DNA of 64,000 bases from Candidatus Nanopelagicales bacterium. Lineage in GTDB: Bacteria; Actinomycetota; Actinomycetes; S36-B12; CAIYMF01. Of this stretch, positions 21,680 through 29,894 are shown in pieces. The stretch covers positions 22,846 through 86,845 of the forward strand of contig JALOLK010000001.1 of assembly GCA_025456015.1 (NCBI GenBank), read 5' to 3'. Under the pieces are notes generated by a model. It saw only the letters and a list, made by a program, of their open reading frames with translations. It had not been told where the DNA came from and did no database searches. A program made the translations under genes and the position numbers. Within the stretch, counting starts at the first letter, position 1. Every line of letters begins with the position of its first letter.

Positions 21680-21894
21680 GTCGGCTCCTGCCGTGCCCGC
21701 CCCGGGGGGCGCGTCGCTGCCGTGCTGCGCGTCGGCCCGTTCCCCGGGGACGCGCCGCAGCCCACCGGTCGCCCGGTCGGTGCACCGATGGTAGGGCAGG
21801 ACTGCGCCTGCCACGCCCGGCCGCGCCGGGCGGATCGAGGGCTGGGCGAGGTCGGTTCGGGTAACCTTGCCCCCAATTCTCCCCGGAGGTTCCC

Positions 21895-22755
21895 ATGGCA
21901 ACCGAGCCGAAGAAGCCGGCCAGCCCGGCCAAGTCCCCCAAGCAGCTCGCCGCTGAGGCGCGGGCCGCGTCCGAGGCCGCCGAGCGGCGCCGCGAGCGCG
22001 TCATCCGCATCGTGGGGACCCTCGTGGTCGTCGGCATCGTCGGTGCGCTGCTCGCGATCGGCTTCTTCGCCGGACGGGGTGGCGACGACGGCACCGCGGC
22101 GACCCCGGGGCCGACGCCGGACCCCTCGGCCGCCGCACCCTCGGGCGTGATCACGGATGCCGCCAGCCAGCAGGCGTGGGGCGTGCCCTACGGGGCCGCC
22201 TGGAGCGCCGACAACGAGGCCAAGCTGCCGACGATGGAGATCTGGGAGGACTTCCAGTGCCCGTTCTGCGCGCAGTTCGAGAACGAGTTCGGCCCGCAGC
22301 TCGAGGCGCTGGCTGACGCGGGCAAGGTGAAGCTGCTCTACCGCCCGGCGATCTTCCTCGACTCGGGCCTGGCCGAGAAGAACGCCGCGGCGGGCAACGC
22401 CAACTCCTCGGCACGCGCCACGGCTGCCTGGGGCTGCGCGATCGACCAGGACAAGACCTCCGACTACCACGCGGCGCTCTTCGCCGCCCAGCCGGCCGAG
22501 GAGGGCACGGGCTACTCCGAGCAGACCCTGCTCGACCTGGGCACGCAGGTGGGGGTGGCCGACATGGCCCGGTTCACCACGTGCGTCCAGGAGGGCACCT
22601 ACCTGACCTGGTCGGCGAACAGCAACCAGGCGTTCTACGACGCCAACGTCGGTGGCACCCCGCGGGTGTACCTCAACGGCACCGAGATCCCCACCCAGGA
22701 GTTCGCCGACATGGCCGCGATCGAGGCCAAGATCGAGGCAGCGACCGCCCAGTGA
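21895..22755 (+). CDS. DsbA-family thiol:disulfide oxidoreductase, membrane-anchored
   Basis: 286 aa with an N-terminal TM anchor (IVGTLVVVGIVGALLAIGFF) and a thioredoxin fold with CPFC. GGAGG SD. Confidence 0.88.
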   Translation: MATEPKKPASPAKSPKQLAAEARAASEAAERRRERVIRIVGTLVVVGIVGALLAIGFFAGRGGDDGTAATPGPTPDPSAAAPSGVITDAASQQAWGVPYGAAWSADNEAKLPTMEIWEDFQCPFCAQFENEFGPQLEALADAGKVKLLYRPAIFLDSGLAEKNAAAGNANSSARATAAWGCAIDQDKTSDYHAALFAAQPAEEGTGYSEQTLLDLGTQVGVADMARFTTCVQEGTYLTWSANSNQAFYDANVGGTPRVYLNGTEIPTQEFADMAAIEAKIEAATAQ

Positions 22756-23642
22756 GCGTGCTCGCGGCCATGCCCGCCGGCGTCGTCGCCGCGATCCCGA
22801 GCCCCGACCAGTCCGTCTGGTACCTCGGGCCGGTCCCGCTGCGCGCGTACGCGCTGTGCATCCTCGCGGGCATCGTCGTGGCGATGCTGGTCACCGACCG
22901 TCGCTGGGTGGCCCGCGGCGGCGAGCCCGGCGTGGTCTACGACGTCGCCATGTGGGCGGTGCCCTTCGGCATCATCGGCGGGCGGCTCTACCACGTGCTC
23001 ACCGACTGGCCGGACTACTTCGGCCCCGGCGGCTCGGGCCTGCGCGGTGCGGTCGCCATCTGGGAGGGCGGCCTGGGCATCTGGGGCGCGATCAGCCTCG
23101 GGGCGCTGGGCGCCTGGATCGGCTGCCGCCGGGCCGGCGTGCCGCTGCCGCCCTTCGCCGACGCGCTGGCCGTCGGCCTGCCGCTGGCCCAGGCCATCGG
23201 GCGGTTCGGCAACTGGTTCAACCAGGAGCTGTTCGGCGGGCCGACCGACCTGCCATGGGGCCTGGCGATCGACCCGCAGTACCGGCCCGCCGGGTACGAG
23301 CAGGTCGAGACGTTCCACCCCACGTTCCTCTACGAGGCGCTGTGGCTCGTGCTCGTCGCGCTCGTCGTCGCCTGGGCCGACCGGCGCTGGCAGCTGGGCC
23401 ACGGCCGCGCGTTCGCCCTCTACGTCGCGCTCTACTGCCTCGGGCGCCTGGGCATCGAGCTGCTGCGCATCGATCCGGCCACAACTGTCGCCGGCGTCCG
23501 CATCAACGTCTTCACAGCGGTGGCGGTGGGCGTCGGCGCGGTGGTCTACCTGGTCGCCAGCAGGCGATCGAGGCCGGGCCGGGAGGCGCCGGAGGCGCTG
23601 CTGCGCCGGTCGTCCGACGAGCCCGTCCCCACTGCTGGTTGA
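22752..23642 (+). CDS. lgt: prolipoprotein diacylglyceryl transferase
   Basis: 296 aa: GGRLYHV, GLGIWGA, GRFGNWFNQELFG, HPTFLYE. GTG 22752 overlaps the DsbA stop; ATG 22770 is an alternative start. Confidence 0.92.
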   Translation: MSVLAAMPAGVVAAIPSPDQSVWYLGPVPLRAYALCILAGIVVAMLVTDRRWVARGGEPGVVYDVAMWAVPFGIIGGRLYHVLTDWPDYFGPGGSGLRGAVAIWEGGLGIWGAISLGALGAWIGCRRAGVPLPPFADALAVGLPLAQAIGRFGNWFNQELFGGPTDLPWGLAIDPQYRPAGYEQVETFHPTFLYEALWLVLVALVVAWADRRWQLGHGRAFALYVALYCLGRLGIELLRIDPATTVAGVRINVFTAVAVGVGAVVYLVASRRSRPGREAPEALLRRSSDEPVPTAG

Positions 23643-23649
23643 CAGGTCA

Positions 23650-23673
23650 ACGGTCCCGCCGAAGTCGGGACGT
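23650..23673 (+). terminator. possible intrinsic terminator hairpin after lgt (no U-tract)
   Basis: ACGGTCCCG-ccgaagt-CGGGACGT, an 8-bp stem with a 1-nt bulge, starting 8 nt after the lgt stop. Confidence 0.3.
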
Positions 23674-23770
23674 TCGGATGACGATCGTGGACCGTTCAAT
23701 CCACGGCATCGGCGGTCCCGGGGGTCATAGTTGAACGTGTAAGGACCATCCACCACCTGAAGGGAACAGC

Positions 23771-24205
23771 ATGAAGCCCAAGGTCGTCGCCATCCTGCTC
23801 TTCGTCGCCGGCGCATTCCTGATCGTCGCCGGGGCCGGCACCTGGTACACGGTCTCCGACCAGCTCGCCGCCGAGCAGATCACCGTCTCCGACGATGCCA
23901 GCTGCCAGGCCGGCCAGACCGTGAACGGCCCGCTGGAGGCCTTCTGCCAGGCCGAGATCATCAACAAGCACGCCCTGGAGTCGACGGGTGGCAAGACCTA
24001 CGCCCAGCTCGACCGCGAGGACCCGCTGCGCGCCGTCGCGCAGAGCGCCTCGTTCCTGCGTGCCTCGCTGTTCACCTCGGTCGTGGCGTTCGGCGTCGCC
24101 GCCTTCGCGATGGGCGTGGGCGTGCTCATGCTGATCATCGGCGCCGGCTTCAGCAACCTCGCCAAGCGCGAGGCGGCCGCCCCGGCCGAGGCTGCCACGG
24201 TCTGA
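23771..24205 (+). CDS. conserved hypothetical membrane protein (TM - Cys-containing extracytoplasmic segment - TM)
   Basis: 144 aa with a GAAGGGA SD. There are hydrophobic helices at both ends and two Cys (SCQAG...AFCQAE) in the central segment. No function is recognisable. Confidence 0.7.
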   Translation: MKPKVVAILLFVAGAFLIVAGAGTWYTVSDQLAAEQITVSDDASCQAGQTVNGPLEAFCQAEIINKHALESTGGKTYAQLDREDPLRAVAQSASFLRASLFTSVVAFGVAAFAMGVGVLMLIIGAGFSNLAKREAAAPAEAATV

Positions 24206-24220
24206 CCGACCCGGCTCCGC

Positions 24221-24250
24221 GGTGCCCGTCCCCACCCGGGGGCGGGCACC
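24221..24250. terminator. strong bidirectional terminator hairpin between convergent genes
   Basis: GGTGCCCGTCCCC-ACCC-GGGGGCGGGCACC: a 13-bp stem (one G-U pair) with a 4-nt loop. It lies between the stop at 24205 (+) and the stop at 24264 (-). Confidence 0.6.
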
Positions 24251-24263
24251 GTCGCGTCCGGGG

Positions 24264-27194
24264 TCACCACCCCTCGGAGAAGGCCACGTCCAGGGCCTCG
24301 AGCAGGAAGTCCACCGCGGCGGCATCCAGGCACAGGGGCGGCTTGATCTTCAGCACGTTCATGTGGTCACCGGTGGCGGCCATGACCACCCCGAGCTCGA
24401 GCAGCCGGTCGCACAGCGCCGCGGTCGCCGCGGTGGCGGGCTGCTTCGTCTGGCGGTCGGTGACCAGCTCCAGGCCCAGGTAGAGGCCGCGGCCGTGCAC
24501 GGCCCCGGCCATCGGGTGGCGCTGCACGAGCTGCTCGAGGCCCGCCCGCAGCCGCTGGCCCATCCGAGCCGCGTTGCCCTGCAGGTCCTCGGCCTGCAGG
24601 GCGCGCAGGGTGGCCAGGCCGGCCGCGGCGCCGGCCGGGGTGCCCCCCATCGAGGCGAACAGCGAGCCCTCGACCGCGAACGCCTCGGCGATCTCGCGGC
24701 GGCAGACCACCGCCGACACCGGGTACCCGTTGCCGGTGGCCTTGGCCAGGCACACGATGTCCGGGACCACGTCGTGCATCGCGAAGCCCCAGAAGTGCGA
24801 GCCGAGCCGGCCGTACCCCACCTGCACCTCGTCGGCGATCACGAGGCCACCATCGGCGCGCACGGCCTCGTACACCTGGCGCAGGTAGTCCTCGGGCAGG
24901 TCGATCCCGCCGGCGTTGCCGTTGAGCGTCTCGCAGATGAAGGCCGCCGGTCGGCGCCCCGCGGCGGCCAGCTCGGCCAGGATCCGGCGCACGTCGTCGG
25001 CGTAGCGGGTGGCGGCGTCCGGGCCCGTGAAGGGGCCGCGGTAGCCGTTCGGCGGCTCGGCGAGGTGGATCCACTCCGGCCGGGTCCCCAGCGCGCGGGG
25101 GTTGTCCATGAGTGCGCTGGAGACCTCGTCGGAGGCCGTGGTCCAGCCGTGGTAGGCCGTGCGCAGCGCGATCGTGTCCCGTGCCCGCGTGGCGACGCGG
25201 GCCAGCCGCAGGGCGAGGTCCACGCTCTCCGAGCCGCTGCAGAGCAGGAACACCCGGTCCAGCTCCGGGGGCATGGTGGCCAGCAGCGCCTCGGCGAACG
25301 CCACGTGGGCCCCGTAGTGGAACCGGGAGTTCGTGTTGAGCGTGCGCAGCTGGCGCGCGACGGCGTCGGCGACCGCGGGATGGCTGTGGCCCAGCACGGT
25401 GACGTTGTTGATGCCGTCGAGGTAGACGCGGCCGTCGACGTCCACGAGGTGGTGGCGCCAGCCACGCTCGATGCGGGGCGGGTCGGCCCAGTAGTGCTGC
25501 TGCACCGAGGCCAGGGCGGCCCGGCGCCGGCGCAGCAGCTCGTGGCGATCCTCCGGCGGCTCGGCCGGGGGGATCCCCAGCAGGGGGGCGGGGTCGGGGC
25601 ACAGCTGGCGCCAGAGCTGGGCCAGGGATGGCTGCACGTGGGTGGGCGCGTGCAGGCCGGTGGGCACGACCTGCACGTGGACGTGCTCGGGCAGGGCCTC
25701 GTCCTGCGACGTGGTGACCCGGGCCACGGCCGTGCCGGGGGTCACCCGGCTGCCCTGGCTGCGGGTCGGCCGGGCACCGGCGAGCACGACGTCCCAGCCG
25801 TCGTCACCCACCAGGCGGGTGACCCAGGGGTCGCTGGTGGTCACCAGGCCCGACCAGGGCGCGAGCAGCTCGGTGCCCCGGGGCAGCAGCACGTCGACGC
25901 CGACGTGGTGGGTGGCGGGCTCCACCATGGCGTTCGGGGTGGCCAGGTGCAGGTGGGCCTGGCCGTAGGGGACCAGCGGCGTGGTGCCGCGACCGGCGTC
26001 CTGCGCCGCGGCGACCGTGGCCGACCGGAGCCGGGCCGGCTCGGTCCAGGCGCCCTCGTCGAGCAGGGGCGAGGTCGTCGACAGGTCGAGGGTGACGACC
26101 CGGCCGAGCTCGGGGACGACGACGCTGGCCACCGGCAGGCGCGGGGCCGGGGGCATCGGCAGCCCAGCCGCGCGGTGCATCGCCAGGACCCCGAGCGGTA
26201 GCGGGACCGCCTCGACCAGCTCGAACACCGTGAGGTCGACGACGAGGTTCTCGTGCAGGTAGCGGTTGTCCGGCTCCCGGGTGAGCTGGTGGGCGGTGCT
26301 CACCAGCCCGGCGCAGGCGCGCGCTGCCACCATCGGCCAGGTGGCGTCGACCTCGTCGGGGGTCAGCGGCTGGGTGCTGACGTAGCCGGCCAGCACGTCC
26401 GCGGCGATCCGCAGCGGGGCGCGCCGGTCCTTGGCGAGCAGCGCGCAGATCGTGACCGCCACCTCCGAGGCCCGCCACGTGCGGGTGAGGTCGCCGAAGT
26501 CGATGATCCCCACGGGCTGCGGCCGGGCGTCCGGGCCGGGCTCGGCGACGACGTTGAAGTCGGTGAGGTCGCCGTGCACCACCTGCTCGGGGAGCGGCTC
26601 GACGCCCTGCCACGCCGCGGAGGCCAGGGCCGACAGGGTGGCGACGCGGGCGCGCAGGCCCGGGTCCAGCGCCGGCAGCAGCGCCGCGACGATCTCGGGG
26701 GAGCGCCGCACGTCCCACTGGGTCGGCTCGTGGGCGCCGGGGTGCTCGAACCCGGCCAGGGCCGCGGTGACCCGTCCGGCCAGGGCGCCGAACGCCCGCG
26801 CGGTGGCGGGTGCGAGGTAGCCGACGCCCGTCATCGGGGTGCCCGCGACCCAGGTGAGCAGGCGCACGCTGTGCCCGACCCCGTCGAGCTGGACCTCCTC
26901 GCGCAGCGCACCGCTGCGGCTGGGAACCGGCTGGGGCACGCGCAGGGGCAGCCCGGCCAGCGCGCGCATGGCCGCGTTCTGCGCGTCCAGCGCCGCCGGG
27001 ACCGCGGCGCTGTTCGCCACCTTGAGCACGTGCCGCCGGGACGGGCCGCCCGGCGCCGCGGACGTGAGCAGCACGTTGCGGTCCTGGTGGCTGCCGAGGT
27101 CGCGCGCCTCGATGTCGACCAGGCCCCAGCGCTCGCTGGCGATCCTGCGCGCCTCGTCGAGGTCCAGGGTCGGGGCGTGGGCGGCGACGGTCAC
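24264..27194 (-). CDS. three-domain fusion: APH/hydroxylysine-kinase-like phosphotransferase + M23/LytM-like domain + class-III (AGXT2L/phospho-lyase-like) PLP enzyme
   Basis: 976 aa.
- Residues 207-235: HGDLTDFN and IDFGD (kinase catalytic loop and DFG-like motif).
- Residues 429-434 HHVGVD and 504-507 HVHV: HxxxD and HxH of M23 metallopeptidases.
- Residues ~565-976: LNTNSRFHY, CSGSESVDLALRLAR, DEVQVGYGRLGSHFW, CLAKATGNGYP (PLP Lys), NVLKIKPPLC.
- GTG start with a TAGGCT hexamer 6 nt upstream. Confidence 0.85.
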   Translation of the reverse strand: MTVAAHAPTLDLDEARRIASERWGLVDIEARDLGSHQDRNVLLTSAAPGGPSRRHVLKVANSAAVPAALDAQNAAMRALAGLPLRVPQPVPSRSGALREEVQLDGVGHSVRLLTWVAGTPMTGVGYLAPATARAFGALAGRVTAALAGFEHPGAHEPTQWDVRRSPEIVAALLPALDPGLRARVATLSALASAAWQGVEPLPEQVVHGDLTDFNVVAEPGPDARPQPVGIIDFGDLTRTWRASEVAVTICALLAKDRRAPLRIAADVLAGYVSTQPLTPDEVDATWPMVAARACAGLVSTAHQLTREPDNRYLHENLVVDLTVFELVEAVPLPLGVLAMHRAAGLPMPPAPRLPVASVVVPELGRVVTLDLSTTSPLLDEGAWTEPARLRSATVAAAQDAGRGTTPLVPYGQAHLHLATPNAMVEPATHHVGVDVLLPRGTELLAPWSGLVTTSDPWVTRLVGDDGWDVVLAGARPTRSQGSRVTPGTAVARVTTSQDEALPEHVHVQVVPTGLHAPTHVQPSLAQLWRQLCPDPAPLLGIPPAEPPEDRHELLRRRRAALASVQQHYWADPPRIERGWRHHLVDVDGRVYLDGINNVTVLGHSHPAVADAVARQLRTLNTNSRFHYGAHVAFAEALLATMPPELDRVFLLCSGSESVDLALRLARVATRARDTIALRTAYHGWTTASDEVSSALMDNPRALGTRPEWIHLAEPPNGYRGPFTGPDAATRYADDVRRILAELAAAGRRPAAFICETLNGNAGGIDLPEDYLRQVYEAVRADGGLVIADEVQVGYGRLGSHFWGFAMHDVVPDIVCLAKATGNGYPVSAVVCRREIAEAFAVEGSLFASMGGTPAGAAAGLATLRALQAEDLQGNAARMGQRLRAGLEQLVQRHPMAGAVHGRGLYLGLELVTDRQTKQPATAATAALCDRLLELGVVMAATGDHMNVLKIKPPLCLDAAAVDFLLEALDVAFSEGW

Positions 27195-27200
27195 CGCGGC

Positions 27201-27206
27201 AGCCTA
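27201..27206 (-). promoter_or_regulatory. candidate -10 hexamer TAGGCT (minus strand) for a leaderless fusion-gene transcript
   Basis: On the minus strand: TAGGCT + 6 nt + GTG (27194). Confidence 0.35.
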
Positions 27207-27257
27207 GTGACCACCCGGGGGGACCTCGGGCCCTGTCGACGCTGCGGTCACCGGACC

Positions 27258-27263
27258 TAGCCT
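27258..27263 (+). promoter_or_regulatory. candidate -10 hexamer TAGCCT for a leaderless acyltransferase transcript
   Basis: TAGCCT + 7 nt (GCGTCGT) + ATG 27271. Confidence 0.4.
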
Positions 27264-27270
27264 GCGTCGT

Positions 27271-28602
27271 ATGGAGCCCGGTGGACGGGACCGGTTCGTC
27301 GACCTGCTGCGGGGTGGCAGCATCGTGGCGGTCGTCGTCGGCCACTGGCTCGTCGCCGACGTGCGGTGGGCCGAGGGATCCCTGACGGACACCAGCACGC
27401 TGGCCCGGGTGCCCGGCATGTGGCCGGTCACCTGGCTGTTCCTCGTGATCCCCATCTTCTTCTTCGTGGGCGGCTACGCGAACCGGCGCAGCTGGGAGGG
27501 GACCCGTCGGCGCGGCGAGGGCTACGCCAGCTACGTGGACCGACGCGTCCACCGCATGCTCGCGCCCACGGCCCTGTACCTGCTCGCCGTCTGTGCCGCC
27601 GGCGCGCTCGTGACGGCCCTCGGCGGGCTCGGGCTGGGGGCGATGGGCGGGCTGTTCCTGCAGCCGCTGTGGTTCCTGGGCGCCTACCTGTGGGTCGTGG
27701 CCCTGGCGCCGGTCATGCTGGCCGCGCACGCGCGCTGGGGCTGGCGGGTGCTCGCGGTGCTCGGCCTGCTCATCGTGGTCGGCGACGTCGGACGGTTCGG
27801 GCTGGGGCTCTCCGCGCTCGGCTACGCCAACGTGCTGTGGGTCTGGCTGCTCATGCACCAGCTCGGCTTCTGGTACGCCGAGGAGCGGCTCACGCCCCCG
27901 ATCGCGGCCTGGATGGCCGGCCTCGGCCTGGTCCTCACCGGTGCGCTGGTGCTGCTCGAGGACTACCCGGGGACGATGGTGGCGGTGCCCGGCATCTCCG
28001 TGGGCAACATGCACCCCCCGACCCTGGCCGTCACGACGCTGGGGCTGGCCCAGATCGGCTGCTGCCTGCTGCTGCGCCCGGCCCTGGTGGGGTGGCTGCA
28101 ACGGCCGCGGGTGTGGCACGCCGTCGTCGCGGTCAACCTCACGATCATCTCGACCTACGTCTGGCACCAGGCGGCGCTGACCGCGGCCGCCCGGCTCACG
28201 CTGCCGCTCGGGTGGCCCGAGCCGACGGCGGGCACCCTGGCCTGGTGGGCCGCCCACCTCGCCTGGCTCGTGGTGCCCGGCGTGCTCCTGCTGGGGATCG
28301 TGGCGGTCGTGGGGCGCGCCGAGCAGGTGCGCCCACCGCGGCTGACCCGTCCCGGTCCGGCGACGGCGGCCGCGGCTGCGGGGGCCGTGGTGCTGATCGG
28401 GATCGGCTTCATCGACCTCGCCGGGTCGACGGCACTGGCCCTGCTCGAGCCCGGGGAGCGGCTGGGGCCGTTCACGGCGAGCACGGCCCTGGGGCTGGTG
28501 CTCCTGACACTCGGCGCGGGCGTCCTGGCCGTGCTGCGCCGTGTGGCACCCGCCGGCGCAGCGGCCGCTCCCGGGAGGCGGGCGCTCAGCCGGCCCGGGT
28601 GA
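27271..28602 (+). CDS. acyltransferase family 3 (OafA/YrhL-like) integral membrane protein
   Basis: 443 aa with about 10 hydrophobic helices. The N-terminal [19 protein letters not shown]... is typical of the family. The 3' end overlaps the convergent dehydrogenase gene by 17 nt. Confidence 0.75.
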   Translation: MEPGGRDRFVDLLRGGSIVAVVVGHWLVADVRWAEGSLTDTSTLARVPGMWPVTWLFLVIPIFFFVGGYANRRSWEGTRRRGEGYASYVDRRVHRMLAPTALYLLAVCAAGALVTALGGLGLGAMGGLFLQPLWFLGAYLWVVALAPVMLAAHARWGWRVLAVLGLLIVVGDVGRFGLGLSALGYANVLWVWLLMHQLGFWYAEERLTPPIAAWMAGLGLVLTGALVLLEDYPGTMVAVPGISVGNMHPPTLAVTTLGLAQIGCCLLLRPALVGWLQRPRVWHAVVAVNLTIISTYVWHQAALTAAARLTLPLGWPEPTAGTLAWWAAHLAWLVVPGVLLLGIVAVVGRAEQVRPPRLTRPGPATAAAAAGAVVLIGIGFIDLAGSTALALLEPGERLGPFTASTALGLVLLTLGAGVLAVLRRVAPAGAAAAPGRRALSRPG

Positions 28603-29758
28603 GGACGAGCAGCGTGCCGTCGTCGGTCGTCGCGGCGAGCGTGCCGTCGGCGCGCACCTCGAGGTCGCGGATCCGGTGGCCCACGGGCAGCCGCTCGCGC
28701 TCGAGCACCCGGCCGCTGCGGGCCACGCGCAGCCGCCAGAACGCCTCGTCCTTGAGGGTGCCCATGAGCAGGTCGCCGCCCACCCCGGTCTGCCAGCCGG
28801 CCCAGCTCCCCGGGACCTGCACGAGCTCGGAGGTGGCGACGCTGGGCACCCAGGAGGTGCGCGGCTTGGTGTAGCCCGCGTGCGTGCCCGTCCGGCGCGG
28901 CATCACGTAGTCGCTGGTGCCGTAGGGCTGGCCGAGGGTGACGAACGGCCAGCCGTAGTCGCGGCCGCGACGGATCAGGTTGAGCTCGTCGCCGCCGGCT
29001 GGGCCGTGCTCGGTCTCCCAGAGCCGCCCGAGCCGGTCCAGGGCCAGGCCCTGGCCGTTGCGATGGCCCTGGCTGATGCGCACCGCCCGCACGCCCTCGC
29101 CGATCCGCAGCACCGAGCCGAGCTGGCCGCGGGCCGAGCGCCGGTCGATGCGGGGATAGCCGAGGTCGCCCAGGGTCACGTAGGCGCGGTTGGCGCTGAT
29201 GCGCACGAGTCGGCCCGAGGCGTGCTGGATGGCGTTGGGCTGGATGCACGGCTTCGAGCGGAAGACGCTGCGCTGGGCCAGGACGCGCATGGGCTCCTCC
29301 CGGCTCACGTCGACCCGGTCCACGGCCAGGCGCACGCATCCGCGGGAGGCCACGAGCTCGGGGTACGAGACGAACAGTCGATGGCGCGCGGCGGTGCTCG
29401 ACATCACCTCGATGTCGGTCGGGGCGAACCGGGCGTCGTCGCGGCGCTGGTCGGCGCGGATGATGCTGCCGACCTCGCGGACGGTCCCGGTGCTGGGGTC
29501 CACCACGAGCAGGCGGCGGCCGTCCGGCCCACCGCCGAGCAGGACCCGGCCGTCCGCCAGCGCGGCGGCGACCGGCCCCCGCGAGCCCCCGCCCGAGGCG
29601 CGGACCACCGCCTGGTCGATCGGCACCCGCGCCACCGCGACCGGGCCGACGTCGCTGGACAGCACCATCGCGCGGTCGTCGGCGGGCAGGTTCACGGCGG
29701 CCACGGCGACCGCGGTTCCGGTCAGCAGGGCCAGGGCCAGCGGCAGGGCACGCACCAT
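28586..29758 (-). CDS. PQQ-dependent sugar dehydrogenase (soluble glucose/sorbosone dehydrogenase family), secreted
   Basis: 390 aa from ATG 29758. Signal peptide [21 protein letters not shown]. Beta-propeller motifs [33 protein letters not shown]. It is only the C-terminal part of the 2183-aa ORF 28586-35137. Confidence 0.85.
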   Translation of the reverse strand: MVRALPLALALLTGTAVAVAAVNLPADDRAMVLSSDVGPVAVARVPIDQAVVRASGGGSRGPVAAALADGRVLLGGGPDGRRLLVVDPSTGTVREVGSIIRADQRRDDARFAPTDIEVMSSTAARHRLFVSYPELVASRGCVRLAVDRVDVSREEPMRVLAQRSVFRSKPCIQPNAIQHASGRLVRISANRAYVTLGDLGYPRIDRRSARGQLGSVLRIGEGVRAVRISQGHRNGQGLALDRLGRLWETEHGPAGGDELNLIRRGRDYGWPFVTLGQPYGTSDYVMPRRTGTHAGYTKPRTSWVPSVATSELVQVPGSWAGWQTGVGGDLLMGTLKDEAFWRLRVARSGRVLERERLPVGHRIRDLEVRADGTLAATTDDGTLLVLTRAG

Positions 29759-29765
29759 GGCGCAG

Positions 29766-29771
29766 AGCGTA
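29766..29771 (-). promoter_or_regulatory. candidate -10 hexamer TACGCT (minus strand) for a leaderless dehydrogenase transcript
   Basis: On the minus strand: TACGCT + 7 nt (CTGCGCC) + ATG (29758). Confidence 0.4.
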
Positions 29772-29772
29772 C

Positions 29773-29793
29773 GGGCGGCGTCCGACGCCGCCC
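29773..29793. promoter_or_regulatory. 21-bp palindrome overlapping the -35 region of the dehydrogenase promoter
   Basis: GGGCGGCGTC-C-GACGCCGCCC, with perfect 10-bp arms. Confidence 0.4.
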
Positions 29794-29813
29794 ACCCCGC
29801 ACGCGCCGGCGCA

Positions 29814-29836
29814 CCCCGCCCACCCCGCCCACCCCC
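29814..29836. repeat. C-run tract (i-motif on +, G-quadruplex motif on -)
   Basis: CCCCGCCCACCCCGCCCACCCCC: five runs of 3-5 C separated by single nucleotides. It also reads as 2.5 tandem copies of CACCCCGCC. Confidence 0.6.
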
Positions 29837-29838
29837 AA

Positions 29839-29894
29839 CCGTGATCCATTCAGGTTGTGGTCCCAAGTGGCACCACAACCTGAATGGATCACGG
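29839..29894. repeat. perfect inverted repeat, 23-bp arms, 10-nt spacer
   Basis: CCGTGATCCATTCAGGTTGTGGT (29839-29861) and ACCACAACCTGAATGGATCACGG (29872-29894). It lies between the divergent dehydrogenase and gltB genes and is locally AT-richer than its surroundings. Confidence 0.9.

Noticed and set aside
24222-26201. 659-aa plus-strand ORF overlapping the kinase/M23/aminotransferase gene
   Set aside because: The minus-strand frame has three recognisable domains with intact catalytic motifs. The plus-strand product is a repetitive G/R/V/H-rich sequence.
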